From a virus (taxonomy: Duplodnaviria; Caudoviricetes): DNA of 54,302 bases. Position numbers and translations under genes: made by a program. The stretch lies in IMG/VR virus record IMGVR_UViG_3300044724_008989, positions 1-54,302 of that record; one strand, given 5' to 3'. The notes beneath the pieces are model-generated. The model was not told the origin of the DNA. It saw nothing but the letters and a program-made list of their open reading frames with translations, and did no database searches. Below, piece by piece: positions 44,190 to 53,618 of the stretch (the first letter of the stretch is position 1; each line of letters begins with the position of its first letter).

Positions 44190-45815
44190 ATGGCTATAGA
44201 AAACTATCTTGGTAACAAAAACCTCAAAAAGGTAGGTGTTCCTGTTGAGTACACACAGGAGCAGGTGCAGGAGTATATAAAGTGCTCTCGCGACCCCATA
44301 CACTTTATCAAGAAGTATGTAAAGATTGTTCACGTCGATCATGGATTGGTAAACTTTGACCTGTGGCCCTTCCAAGAGGAGATGGTAGAGAAGTTTGGTG
44401 AAAACAGATTTGTAATCTGTAAACTACCTCGTCAGGTTGGTAAGACTACTACAGTAGCGGCTTACATTTTATGGCAAGTGTTGTTTAATGAACAGTACAG
44501 TGTTGCAATCCTAGCTAACAAACTTGCTCAAGCAAGAGAGATTCTTGGTAGGATACAAAATGCATACGAACACCTTCCAAAGTGGTTACAGCAGGGTGTC
44601 AAAGAATGGAACAAAGGTAATATCGAGTTAGAGAATGGATCAGAGATACTTGCTTCAGCTACTTCATCGTCTGCGATTCGAGGTACATCTCAGAACCTAA
44701 TTTACCTTGATGAGTTCGCCTTCGTAGCTAACAATCTTCAAGAAGAATTCTTTGCTTCGGTGTATCCTACTATATCATCTGGTACTACTACCAAAGTACT
44801 AATCACATCTACCCCTAACGGCATGAATATGTTTTATAAGATTTGGGTAGACAGTGAAGAAGGTAATAACGATTATATCAGACACAGTGTGCATTGGTCA
44901 GACGTTCCTGGAAGAGATGAAATGTGGAGACAGGAGACTGTAAAGAACACCAGTGAAGAGCAGTTCAGGCAAGAATTTGAATGTGAGTTCCTTGGAAGTA
45001 CTGCTACTCTTATCGATGGAAGAAAGCTAGCTCAAATCCCGTTCAAGAATCCTATAAAAACCAGTAACGGTTTTGATATTTACGAGAAGCCTAAACCAGA
45101 TAGATTATATGTAATAACAGTCGACTCTGCTAGAGGTCTTGGATTAGACTATAGTGCTTTTTTAGTATTTGATGTTACAGAAATGCCATATAAGGTGGTG
45201 GGTAAGTATAGATCAAAAGAAATATCTCCAATGTTCTATCCAGACGTGATTGTTAATGCAGCAACAACTTACAATAATGCATATGTGTTGGTTGAGCTAA
45301 ATGATCTGGGTGAGACGGTTGCTAGCATTATTCAACAAGATCTAGAGTATGAAAACATACTATCTACAAGTGTAAGAGGTAGAGGTGGACAACAAGTTGG
45401 AGGAGGATTTGCTCATCGTATTCAACTTGGAGTAAAGACAACTAAGACTGTAAAAAGGGTTGGATGTTCACATCTAAAAGATGTAGTGGAAAATGATAAG
45501 ATCATACTTAACGATTACGATCTTCTTCAAGAACTTAGTGTTTTCATAAATAAAAGGAACAGCTATGAGGCTGAGGAAGGTCACCACGATGACCTTGTTA
45601 TGTGCGCCGTTTTGTTCTCATGGTTAGTAAGACAGGATTTCTTTATCGAACTTACTGACAATGATATTCGAAGTCGTCTCTATCTGGAAAATCAAAAAAT
45701 GATTGAAGATGATGTGTTACCTTTTGGTATAGTTGATGACGGTCACGACATATTTGTTGATGATGTAAGTCCTCTAGGATATAGTTATACTCTCGAGGAT
45801 ACTGTAAACCAATAA
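44190..45815 (+). CDS. gp17: terminase large subunit
   Basis: PRQVGKTT Walker A, YLDEFAF Walker B, STPNG, QEFECEFLGS, DYSA, HDDLVM. Confidence 0.98.
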   Translation: MAIENYLGNKNLKKVGVPVEYTQEQVQEYIKCSRDPIHFIKKYVKIVHVDHGLVNFDLWPFQEEMVEKFGENRFVICKLPRQVGKTTTVAAYILWQVLFNEQYSVAILANKLAQAREILGRIQNAYEHLPKWLQQGVKEWNKGNIELENGSEILASATSSSAIRGTSQNLIYLDEFAFVANNLQEEFFASVYPTISSGTTTKVLITSTPNGMNMFYKIWVDSEEGNNDYIRHSVHWSDVPGRDEMWRQETVKNTSEEQFRQEFECEFLGSTATLIDGRKLAQIPFKNPIKTSNGFDIYEKPKPDRLYVITVDSARGLGLDYSAFLVFDVTEMPYKVVGKYRSKEISPMFYPDVIVNAATTYNNAYVLVELNDLGETVASIIQQDLEYENILSTSVRGRGGQQVGGGFAHRIQLGVKTTKTVKRVGCSHLKDVVENDKIILNDYDLLQELSVFINKRNSYEAEEGHHDDLVMCAVLFSWLVRQDFFIELTDNDIRSRLYLENQKMIEDDVLPFGIVDDGHDIFVDDVSPLGYSYTLEDTVNQ

Positions 45816-45817
45816 AT

Positions 45818-45825
45818 TATAAATA
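45818..45825 (+). promoter_or_regulatory. T4 late promoter
   Basis: TATAAATA before gp18. Confidence 0.85.
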
Positions 45826-45854
45826 TACAAAGAATCAACCACGAGGAGATAAAA

Positions 45855-47765
45855 ATGGCCTTCCAGATTTCTCCAGGAGTCAATACCAGTGAAATTGATC
45901 TCACAGCTATTGTCCCTGCAGTTCAAACTACGGCCGCAGGATTTGCCGGCCAGTTTCGTTGGGGTCCTGTTGAACAGAGAGTGTTGCTTTCAAATGAAGC
46001 CGAGTTAGTAAGTACTTTTCAAAAGCCTAATAGTACGTACTTCTCGGACTTTTTTGTCGCTGCTAACTATTTGTCATATGGTGCCGCACTTCACTTAGTA
46101 CGTATCAATGCTGGCTCCCTTGCAAATTCAATTACAGCCGGAAACTCATCCGTCACCTTAATTAAGAGTGAAGATGATTACGATAACAATTTTAACAATG
46201 GCATTAGTGGTGTAGGTAACTTTGTTGCTCGCTATCCTGGAGCTCTTGGAAACTCTTTGAAGTACTCGCTTTGCCCAAGTAACACTGCTTTTGAATCCAC
46301 ACTTTCTGGTACGTATAAAGCTGTAAATGGAAATAACGGTATTACATTCTCAGCTAACCAAGCTGCAGTTCTTAGCCCAGGTGACCTAATTCAAATAGGC
46401 CCTGATAAAGATATCTTTAAAATTAGCACAGTAGCTGCAGATGGTTTATCAGCGGTGCTCGCTTCGTCTTATACAGGCAACACTGTTTTGTCCGAAACGG
46501 CTTTGAACCGCCGATGGGAATACTACGACTTCTTTTCTAGAGCCCCAGGTACCTCTCCATTTGCAACCACCAGGGGTGCTACTAATGATGAACTTCATTT
46601 AGTAATTGTAGATGAAGATGGAGAGTGGACGAATGTAAAGGGCCAAGTAGTAGAAAGATTTGAATCATTGTCAAAGGCAAACGATGCAAAAACTGATGAT
46701 GGTTCAACTAACTATTACAAAGAAGTTGTAAATCGAACTTCAAGTTTTGTTTGGTGGACAGCGCACGCCGCAGGTGTGACTAATGCGGGTTCTGCTGCTT
46801 CAAGTACTGCTTTCGGTGGTGGAAACACACCTGTCAGTGCTTCATTCATAAGTGGTGCTGATGGCAATGCTGGAACAGCTGGCCAATATCAGACAGCTTA
46901 CGATATATTTAAGTCGCCAGAAGAAGTTGACATTTCGGTTCTTCTTGGTGGGAAATCCAACAGTGCTACAGCAATTCACCTAATTAACAACATTGCTGAA
47001 GTAAGAAAGGATTGTGTAGTTGTTTTATCGCCTGAAGAAGCTGACGTTGTAAACAACACGTCTTATGTTAACTCTGAAGTAGATGATATCATTACCTTTA
47101 GGAATACTCTTCCTTCGTCATCATATGCTGTACTGGATAGCGGATTTAAGTACCAGTACGACAAGTATAACGACGTATATAGGTATGTACCGTTAAACGG
47201 TGATGTCGGTGGAACTTTTGCAAGGACAGATGAAGTAAGAGATCCTTGGTATTCACCAGCTGGAATCACCAGAGGCCGAATTAAAAACTCTGTTAAACTT
47301 TCGTTTAATCCTAATAAGGCTGCTAGAGATCAGCTTTACAAGAACGGTATTAATCCAGTAACTACTTTCCCAGGTGAAGGAACGGTATTGTTTGGTGATA
47401 AAACCCTTCTAGCTACTCCTAGTGCATTTGATCGAATCAATGTAAGACGGTTGTTCATTGTATTAGAAAAAGCTATAGCTATCGCAGCAAGACAGAGTCT
47501 TTTTGAATTCAATGATGAATTTACCAGAGCACAGTTTATTAATTTGGTTGAGCCCTTTTTGAGGGACGTACAGGGACGGCGCGGTATATCAGACTTCCGG
47601 GTTGTATGTGACGACACTAACAACACATCTGAGATCATTGATCGAAATGAATTTGTTGGTGACATCTTTGTCAAGCCTGCACGTTCAATAAACTTTATTC
47701 AGCTCAACTTTGTTGCTGTAAGAACTGGTGTCGAGTTCGAAGAAATCGTAGGTCAGTTCGGATAA
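45855..47765 (+). CDS. gp18: tail sheath protein
   Basis: SPGV...EIDLT, WGPV, YDKYND..R.VPLNGD, W.SPAG..RG, FDRINVRRLF, FEFND. Confidence 0.98.
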   Translation: MAFQISPGVNTSEIDLTAIVPAVQTTAAGFAGQFRWGPVEQRVLLSNEAELVSTFQKPNSTYFSDFFVAANYLSYGAALHLVRINAGSLANSITAGNSSVTLIKSEDDYDNNFNNGISGVGNFVARYPGALGNSLKYSLCPSNTAFESTLSGTYKAVNGNNGITFSANQAAVLSPGDLIQIGPDKDIFKISTVAADGLSAVLASSYTGNTVLSETALNRRWEYYDFFSRAPGTSPFATTRGATNDELHLVIVDEDGEWTNVKGQVVERFESLSKANDAKTDDGSTNYYKEVVNRTSSFVWWTAHAAGVTNAGSAASSTAFGGGNTPVSASFISGADGNAGTAGQYQTAYDIFKSPEEVDISVLLGGKSNSATAIHLINNIAEVRKDCVVVLSPEEADVVNNTSYVNSEVDDIITFRNTLPSSSYAVLDSGFKYQYDKYNDVYRYVPLNGDVGGTFARTDEVRDPWYSPAGITRGRIKNSVKLSFNPNKAARDQLYKNGINPVTTFPGEGTVLFGDKTLLATPSAFDRINVRRLFIVLEKAIAIAARQSLFEFNDEFTRAQFINLVEPFLRDVQGRRGISDFRVVCDDTNNTSEIIDRNEFVGDIFVKPARSINFIQLNFVAVRTGVEFEEIVGQFG

Positions 47766-47787
47766 TACAAGGTAGAGGAGAATAACA

Positions 47788-48333
47788 ATGGCTTTTAACG
47801 TAAACACCTTTAGGGGTGAACTCAAGCAGGGAGGGGCTCGTCCTTCTCTGTTTGAGATACAATTATTCCAGCCTCAGGGTGGGACTTTGAACGGTGGAGA
47901 TTTAATTAGTAAGTCACCGTTTATGGTTCGAGCTGGACAAATTCCATCATCATCATTAGGAACTTTAATAGTACCTTATTTTGGCCGCCAAGTAAAGATT
48001 GCTGGAAATCGTACGTTTGACGACTGGACAGTAACAATTATGAACGACGAAGATTTCAAGCTTCGTAATGCTATGGAGAACTGGAGTCACAGGATTAACA
48101 ACCACTCTGAAAATCTGAACGAGTATGGCACCAATCCTGTAAGATATAAAGCTCAGGCTTTGGTTAAGCAATACAGTAAAGAAGGTGGCGTGATTCAAAC
48201 TTATAAGTTTGATGGTCTGTACCCAGTCTCTGTTTCACCTATTGATCTTGCTTGGGAAGCAGAAGCAATTGAAGAATTTACTGTCACGTTTGCATACGAC
48301 TGGTGGGAGCATCCTGAGTCTGGTGTAAACTAA
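47788..48333 (+). CDS. gp19: tail tube protein
   Basis: GGARPSLF, GRQVKIAGNRTF.DWTVTI.NDEDF, IEEFTVTF.Y. Confidence 0.97.
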   Translation: MAFNVNTFRGELKQGGARPSLFEIQLFQPQGGTLNGGDLISKSPFMVRAGQIPSSSLGTLIVPYFGRQVKIAGNRTFDDWTVTIMNDEDFKLRNAMENWSHRINNHSENLNEYGTNPVRYKAQALVKQYSKEGGVIQTYKFDGLYPVSVSPIDLAWEAEAIEEFTVTFAYDWWEHPESGVN

Positions 48334-48345
48334 AGGGCTATTTAG

Positions 48346-48768
48346 ATGGCTAATCAACTTTTTACAAAGGCCAAGCAGGCTTTGCTGGGCGGTGAGCTAA
48401 ATCTGTCATCTAATGTAGTAACAATAGCATTAGTGGACACTGGTGTGTACTCTTTTAGTGCTTCTCATGAATTTCGTTCTAGTATACCTAACACAGCTGT
48501 GGTATCTACTCAAAATCTAGTAAGCAAGACTATTACAGATGGAGTATTTGACGCAGCTGATGTTACTTTTCCTTTGGTATCTGGAGCAAACTGCGAGGCC
48601 TTGATTCTGTATCACAACACTGGTAATGCTGAAGGAGACGGCAGCAGACAATCTGACTCCAGATTAATAGCCTACATAGACACCGCAACAGGACTTCCTG
48701 TACTTCCTAACGGTGGCAACATATCGGTCAAGTTTTCTGAAGGTGTTTCTAAAATCTTCGCTATTTGA
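48346..48768 (+). CDS. hypothetical virion protein
   Basis: FDAADVTF, LIAYID, LPV.PNGG.I motifs. Confidence 0.8.
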   Translation: MANQLFTKAKQALLGGELNLSSNVVTIALVDTGVYSFSASHEFRSSIPNTAVVSTQNLVSKTITDGVFDAADVTFPLVSGANCEALILYHNTGNAEGDGSRQSDSRLIAYIDTATGLPVLPNGGNISVKFSEGVSKIFAI

Positions 48769-48787
48769 CCCAACCACTGTGTGTGAC

Positions 48788-48818
48788 GGGGTCGATAAAT
48801 ATTTCGACCTCCTTTTTT
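48788..48818 (+). terminator. terminator hairpin overlapping a late promoter (GATAAATA, 48794-48801)
   Basis: GGGGTCGA-taaatatt-TCGACCTC followed by a T6 tract. Confidence 0.65.
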
Positions 48819-48837
48819 ATTCTCTGAGGACAACATA

Positions 48838-50493
48838 GTGCAACTTTTCGGATTCAATATAACAAGGGCAGATCAAGAAGAAAAAGAAGATCTGAAAACC
48901 TTTGTACCCCCCCAGACAGATGACGGTGCTATTGAGATAGCTCCTGGTGGTTCCTATGGTACTTTTGTAGACCTAGATGGAACTGCTAAGTCAGAAGCTG
49001 AACTGGTTTCCCGTTATCGTGAAATGTCCATGCAGCCGGAATGTGATTCAGCTGTAGAAGACGTTGTCAACGAAGCAATTGTAATGGCAGATGATAATCC
49101 AATTGAAATTGTATTAGATAATCTTAAGCAGCCTAACTCTATTAAGAACAAGATTCGTGAAGAGTTCGAAACTATTCTTGAGATGCTAGACTTTAGCAAC
49201 AAGGGGTACGATATCTTTAGACGTTGGTATGTTGATGGTCGAATCTATCACCACATCATCATTAACGACAAAGATCCTCGAGAAGGTATCCGAGAGCTTA
49301 GGTACATCGATCCACGTAAGATTCGTAAAGTACGAGAAAAGGTAAAGTCTAAAGATCCTCGTACTGGCGCTACAATTTATAACAAAGAACAGAAAGAATA
49401 CTACCTGTATAATCCAAAAGGGATTACTTCCTCTGCTACTCAAGGTATTAAGATTGCAGTAGATAGCATTAGCCATATTCACAGTGGCTTAATGGATTCT
49501 CGCAACAACATGATCCTTGGTCATCTACACAAGGCTGTAAAGCCTCTCAACCAGTTAAGAATGCTGGAAGATGCAACTGTAATCTATAGACTTGCAAGAG
49601 CACCAGAGCGTCGAATCTTTTATATAGATGTTGGTAACCTGCCAAAAATGAAGGCAGAACAGTATCTTCGAGACATGATGGTCAAACATAAGAATAAGCT
49701 GGTGTATGACGCTGCTACAGGCGAAGTACGAGATGATCGTAAGTTTATGACTATGTTAGAGGACTTCTGGTTACCGCGTAGAGACGGCGGTAGAGGCACT
49801 GAGATAACGACTTTGCCTGGTGGACAAAATCTTGGCGAAATGGATGATGTAGATTACTTCCGTCGAAAGCTGTATAAGTCTCTTAACGTACCGATTACTC
49901 GAATGGAAGCTGATAATCAGTTTAATCTTGGTAGAGCTTCTGAGATTACAAGAGACGAGATTAAGTTTAACAAGTTTGTAAAGCGTCTTCGAAATCGATT
50001 TACTCATCTATTTGATGGTCTCTTGGAGATTCAGCTTGTACTGAAAGGTGTTCTTTCTCGAGCAGATTGGGAACAAATGAGAAACACCATTCACTATGAC
50101 TTTAAAGAAGACAATTACTTTTCTGAGTTAAAAGAATCAGAAATTATGACAGAGCGTCTTCGTCTTGCTGGCGAGATCGATCCATTGGTAGGCAAATACT
50201 ATTCTATGAAGTGGGTTCGTGAAAACATTCTTCGTATGACTGAAGAAGACATAAAGAATGTTGATCAAGAAATTGATGCTGAACGTCAAGAAATGGACGA
50301 TGAGGGTGGATTAGGTGGCCCAGTAGATTACAAAGCTGGACAACCAGATCAGACCCCGCAGCAAGATCAGCAAGAAAAGTTTACCCCTAAAGCTAAAATG
50401 AACGATGATGAAAAGAAACTTGTTGAAAGTATGACTAGATTTGTGGACTCAATGGCTGCAGAAAACATTGAAAATGTGCCATCGCAGGAATAA
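48838..50493 (+). CDS. gp20: portal vertex protein
   Basis: WYVDGR, YIDPRKI, NQLRMLEDA.VIYRL.RAPERRIFYIDVGNLPK, EDFWLPRR, ITRDE.KF. Confidence 0.98.
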   Translation: MQLFGFNITRADQEEKEDLKTFVPPQTDDGAIEIAPGGSYGTFVDLDGTAKSEAELVSRYREMSMQPECDSAVEDVVNEAIVMADDNPIEIVLDNLKQPNSIKNKIREEFETILEMLDFSNKGYDIFRRWYVDGRIYHHIIINDKDPREGIRELRYIDPRKIRKVREKVKSKDPRTGATIYNKEQKEYYLYNPKGITSSATQGIKIAVDSISHIHSGLMDSRNNMILGHLHKAVKPLNQLRMLEDATVIYRLARAPERRIFYIDVGNLPKMKAEQYLRDMMVKHKNKLVYDAATGEVRDDRKFMTMLEDFWLPRRDGGRGTEITTLPGGQNLGEMDDVDYFRRKLYKSLNVPITRMEADNQFNLGRASEITRDEIKFNKFVKRLRNRFTHLFDGLLEIQLVLKGVLSRADWEQMRNTIHYDFKEDNYFSELKESEIMTERLRLAGEIDPLVGKYYSMKWVRENILRMTEEDIKNVDQEIDAERQEMDDEGGLGGPVDYKAGQPDQTPQQDQQEKFTPKAKMNDDEKKLVESMTRFVDSMAAENIENVPSQE

Positions 50494-50555
50494 TTTCAAC
50501 ATAACGTATCAGGTCCACTATGCCGTAGTAGTTTTATATCAATACAATTTGTTTT

Positions 50556-50563
50556 TATAAATA
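50556..50563 (+). promoter_or_regulatory. T4 late promoter
   Basis: TATAAATA before the 50585 ORF. Confidence 0.85.
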
Positions 50564-50584
50564 CTATCAATCAAGGAGTTTATT

Positions 50585-50830
50585 ATGCCAGAAGTAAAGG
50601 ACGCAATTGATCAGCTTGCAGCTAAACAGTACGATCAATTTAGTTCTACTGTGAGTGATCTGTTAATGGATCGCCTTAAAGGTAGAATCGATAACGAGAA
50701 GTACGCAGTAGGGCAGTCAATTTTTGCAGACGAGTCTGAAGCTGATCTCGATAACGAAGACCAGGTAGATGTAGAACCTGAGATCGACGAATTAGAACAA
50801 CCAGAGGAGACTTCTGATGAAGAAGTTTAA
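50585..50830 (+). CDS. prohead core protein (gp67-like)
   Basis: Short protein with acidic tail, directly after the portal gene. Confidence 0.7.
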   Translation: MPEVKDAIDQLAAKQYDQFSSTVSDLLMDRLKGRIDNEKYAVGQSIFADESEADLDNEDQVDVEPEIDELEQPEETSDEEV

Positions 50831-51440
50831 AGACCTGTTTGAGGATAGTCCAGCTCAGGATTATCAGCCAAACAAGGAAGAGGACGATGAGGTAAAGAAG
50901 TACAAGCCTCGGTCAAAAGGCGAAGAAGACTTTGCCAATATGCACAACGTCACTAAGACTGGCCACCCAGTTGCCTTTGATCACCAGTTCACTGGTAACA
51001 TCGTTGGCAATCCGGATGAGCACGTAGGTGGCAAGAAGCATGCTGGTGGTGAAAGTCAGCCTATTAAGCAAGGCACATCTGAGACGCAGCCTGGTGGTTC
51101 TGAGTACAAGGAGCCAAAGCAGTATAGCAGGGGTGGAGAAAAGACTCCTGTGATGCAGGGTTCCTCGAAGATCAAAGAGAGCAAGAAGTTTAGCGACTTC
51201 CGAACAGTGCTTGACGAAGGGGTCGTCGATACTTTAAAAAAGATTAAAAGCAGTAAGCGCCCAGCACCAATAAAGTTTAAGAATAATCAAACTTTAAAGG
51301 TCGATGTGGTTACTGCTAATAAAGTACTGGCGGCTCATGATGCTCTGAAGCCGGCTAACGCCAAGAAGTTCAGAGACAGTTTGGAAAAAGGCGAATCATC
51401 GTTTATGACTATGGTTGATTTCGCTATGCAGAACGCATAA
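50817..51440 (+). CDS. prohead core / internal head protein
   Basis: MKKFKDLFE..., LDEGVVDTLKKI; lies between the gp67-like gene and gp21. Confidence 0.7.
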   Translation: MKKFKDLFEDSPAQDYQPNKEEDDEVKKYKPRSKGEEDFANMHNVTKTGHPVAFDHQFTGNIVGNPDEHVGGKKHAGGESQPIKQGTSETQPGGSEYKEPKQYSRGGEKTPVMQGSSKIKESKKFSDFRTVLDEGVVDTLKKIKSSKRPAPIKFKNNQTLKVDVVTANKVLAAHDALKPANAKKFRDSLEKGESSFMTMVDFAMQNA

Positions 51441-51449
51441 GGATTTACA

Positions 51450-51782
51450 ATGCCTATAACAACAAATCAAAATAAGCCAGGTGGTTACGTAGTAATGAGA
51501 GCTTCTGGTGCTGATACTTTAAACCTTGTAACTGCTGCGACTGCTGGTGAAACTATCAATTCAATGTCCATCTCACAAATTGTATGGGCAGTAGATGGTA
51601 CCAATCGTTGGACAGTAACTCGTGGCAGCGACACTGTTGCTGTCCTTACAGGGTCTGGTGGCCAAGATTATCAAGGATTGCGTCTCGAGACAGATGCACA
51701 ACTTACTGCAAACTGTAATGTAGCACTCAGTGGAGGAAATGGTTATATCGTTGTTCAGCTGCATAAGGTATCTGGAGAATGA
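51450..51782 (+). CDS. hypothetical head-associated protein
   Basis: Beta-rich 110-aa ORF before gp21. Confidence 0.75.
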   Translation: MPITTNQNKPGGYVVMRASGADTLNLVTAATAGETINSMSISQIVWAVDGTNRWTVTRGSDTVAVLTGSGGQDYQGLRLETDAQLTANCNVALSGGNGYIVVQLHKVSGE

Positions 51783-52435
51783 GCATGAAGCTAATTACAG
51801 AGATTAACGAATCTGTAGAATATCTTGCAGAAGCAAGAGAGGACGGAAAGAAAGATTACTTTATCCGTGGTCCTTTCATGCAAGCAAATATTAAGAACCG
51901 TAATGGACGAGTATATCCAGCTGAGGTTCTTGACAAAGAAGTAAACAGGTACGTTACAGAGAACGTACAAAAGAACAGAGCATATGGCGAGCTTGGACAT
52001 CCAACTAGTCCAACGATCAACCTTGATCGTGTCAGCCATATGATCAAAGAGCTTACTAGAGACGGTGATAACTTTATCGGTAAGGCCAAGATCATGACAG
52101 AGACTCCTATGGGTCAGATTGTGAAAAACTTGATGGATGAAGGAGCTAGCTTGGGTGTTTCGTCTCGTGGTATGGGATCGCTTAAAAACAAGAATGGAGC
52201 AGCAGAAGTACAGAATGATTTCTATCTTGCAACTGCGGCTGACATTGTTGCCGATCCATCTGCACCAGATGCTTTCGTAGAAGGTATCATGGAAGGTAAA
52301 GAATGGGTATGGGATAACGGAGTTATCAGAGAAGCGACCATCAACGACTATAAAGAAGCAATAAAGGAAGCTCCTTCCAAAGATTTGACAGAAACCAAGC
52401 TAAAGGTTTGGTCAGACTTTCTGTCTAAGCTATAA
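51779..52435 (+). CDS. gp21: prohead core protease
   Basis: NRNGRVYP, GELGHP, INLDRVSH, GVSSRG.GS, DIVADPSAPDAFV. Confidence 0.98.
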   Translation: MSMKLITEINESVEYLAEAREDGKKDYFIRGPFMQANIKNRNGRVYPAEVLDKEVNRYVTENVQKNRAYGELGHPTSPTINLDRVSHMIKELTRDGDNFIGKAKIMTETPMGQIVKNLMDEGASLGVSSRGMGSLKNKNGAAEVQNDFYLATAADIVADPSAPDAFVEGIMEGKEWVWDNGVIREATINDYKEAIKEAPSKDLTETKLKVWSDFLSKL

Positions 52436-52439
52436 TTTT

Positions 52440-52447
52440 TATAAATA
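52440..52447 (+). promoter_or_regulatory. T4 late promoter
   Basis: TATAAATA before gp22. Confidence 0.85.
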
Positions 52448-52476
52448 ACATTAGACCACTCAAAGGAGTTATTAAA

Positions 52477-53580
52477 ATGTCTGAACAAGATATTCAAGAA
52501 GTGGAGCTTCAGGAGACTGAGGAGCAGCTTGACGAGTTTAAAGCGTCAATGGGTGATCCATCAGAAGTGCCTGAGCCAACTTCAACGAAGGCTAAGCCAC
52601 GTAAGGGCGATAAGAAGGTAGAGGACGATCCTCAAGATTCTCCTACTGCCGTTAAGGTCCCAGGAACTAAAGCTGGCATGATTAATTCTATGCTTACTGC
52701 TATGAATAGCATGCCAACTAAGCAGCTCAAGGCAGCTTATGGCAGTGCCATGAAGAGCATGAAGATGGAAGATGTCGATTTCGAAGATGATACTGTTGAA
52801 GAAGTTCATAGCGTTCGCGACCTTCCAAAGGTAACTGCAGAAGATATTTCTGTAACCGAAGATGTATCTGCTATGTTCGAAGGTGCAGATGATCTTAACG
52901 AAGAATTTAAAGAAAAAGCTGTTACTATCTTTGAAGCAGCTGTTGTTGCTAAGGTGAATGAGCAGCTTGAGAAAATCTCAACTAATTTCGAAGCCGAGCT
53001 TGCTGAAGAAGTCGAAACTCTTCAGAAAGAGATGACCGAGAATCTTGACCAGTATCTCGACTATGTTGTCGAGCAGTGGATGGAAGAGAATCGTCTTGCT
53101 GTAGAGCAAGGTCTCAAGGCTGAGATGGTTGAGGACTTCTTGAAAGGCCTGAAGGGTCTGTTCGAGGAGCACTATGTAGAGATCCCAGATGAGAAGGTAG
53201 ACGTTGTAGAAGAGCTTGCTACTCGGGCTGAAGAATTGGAGTCCAAGCTGAATGAGCAAATCGAGAAGAACGTTGAGCTTCGTGGTGTTGTACAACAGCA
53301 CGACAGGGACGAACTTGTTGAGTCAGTAAGTAATGGTCTTACTGATACTCAGAAAGCTAAATTCGAAACCTTAGCAGAAGGACTTGATTTTAGCGATAAA
53401 GAAACTTTCGTTAAGAAGCTCGATATTATTAAGGAAAGTTATTTTGGCAAAGGTGATGATGTAACTACGTCATATCAGTTGGACGACGATGAGCCTCTCT
53501 TGGAGGAGACGTCTGAAAAGGCTGTACCATCCGAGATGGCCCAATACGTAAATGCCATTTCTAGGTCCATAAAGAAGTAA
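52477..53580 (+). CDS. gp22: prohead scaffolding protein
   Basis: EEFKEKA.TIFEAAV, YLDYVVEQWMEEN.LAV, LFEEHY..IP, KESYF, M..Y..A. Confidence 0.96.
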   Translation: MSEQDIQEVELQETEEQLDEFKASMGDPSEVPEPTSTKAKPRKGDKKVEDDPQDSPTAVKVPGTKAGMINSMLTAMNSMPTKQLKAAYGSAMKSMKMEDVDFEDDTVEEVHSVRDLPKVTAEDISVTEDVSAMFEGADDLNEEFKEKAVTIFEAAVVAKVNEQLEKISTNFEAELAEEVETLQKEMTENLDQYLDYVVEQWMEENRLAVEQGLKAEMVEDFLKGLKGLFEEHYVEIPDEKVDVVEELATRAEELESKLNEQIEKNVELRGVVQQHDRDELVESVSNGLTDTQKAKFETLAEGLDFSDKETFVKKLDIIKESYFGKGDDVTTSYQLDDDEPLLEETSEKAVPSEMAQYVNAISRSIKK

Positions 53581-53583
53581 TTT

Positions 53584-53591
53584 TATAAATA
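53584..53591 (+). promoter_or_regulatory. T4 late promoter
   Basis: TATAAATA before gp23. Confidence 0.85.
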
Positions 53592-53618
53592 ACTCTAGAT
53601 AGATAAGAGGAGACTATC

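Noticed and set aside
50494-50555. Possible antisense promoter or sRNA after gp20
   Set aside because: TTGATA on the minus strand has no well-spaced -10 box and there is no convincing structure.
198-53301. Numerous antisense or alternate-frame ORFs in the ORF track
   Set aside because: They are shadows of well-supported genes, with no SD or recognisable motifs.
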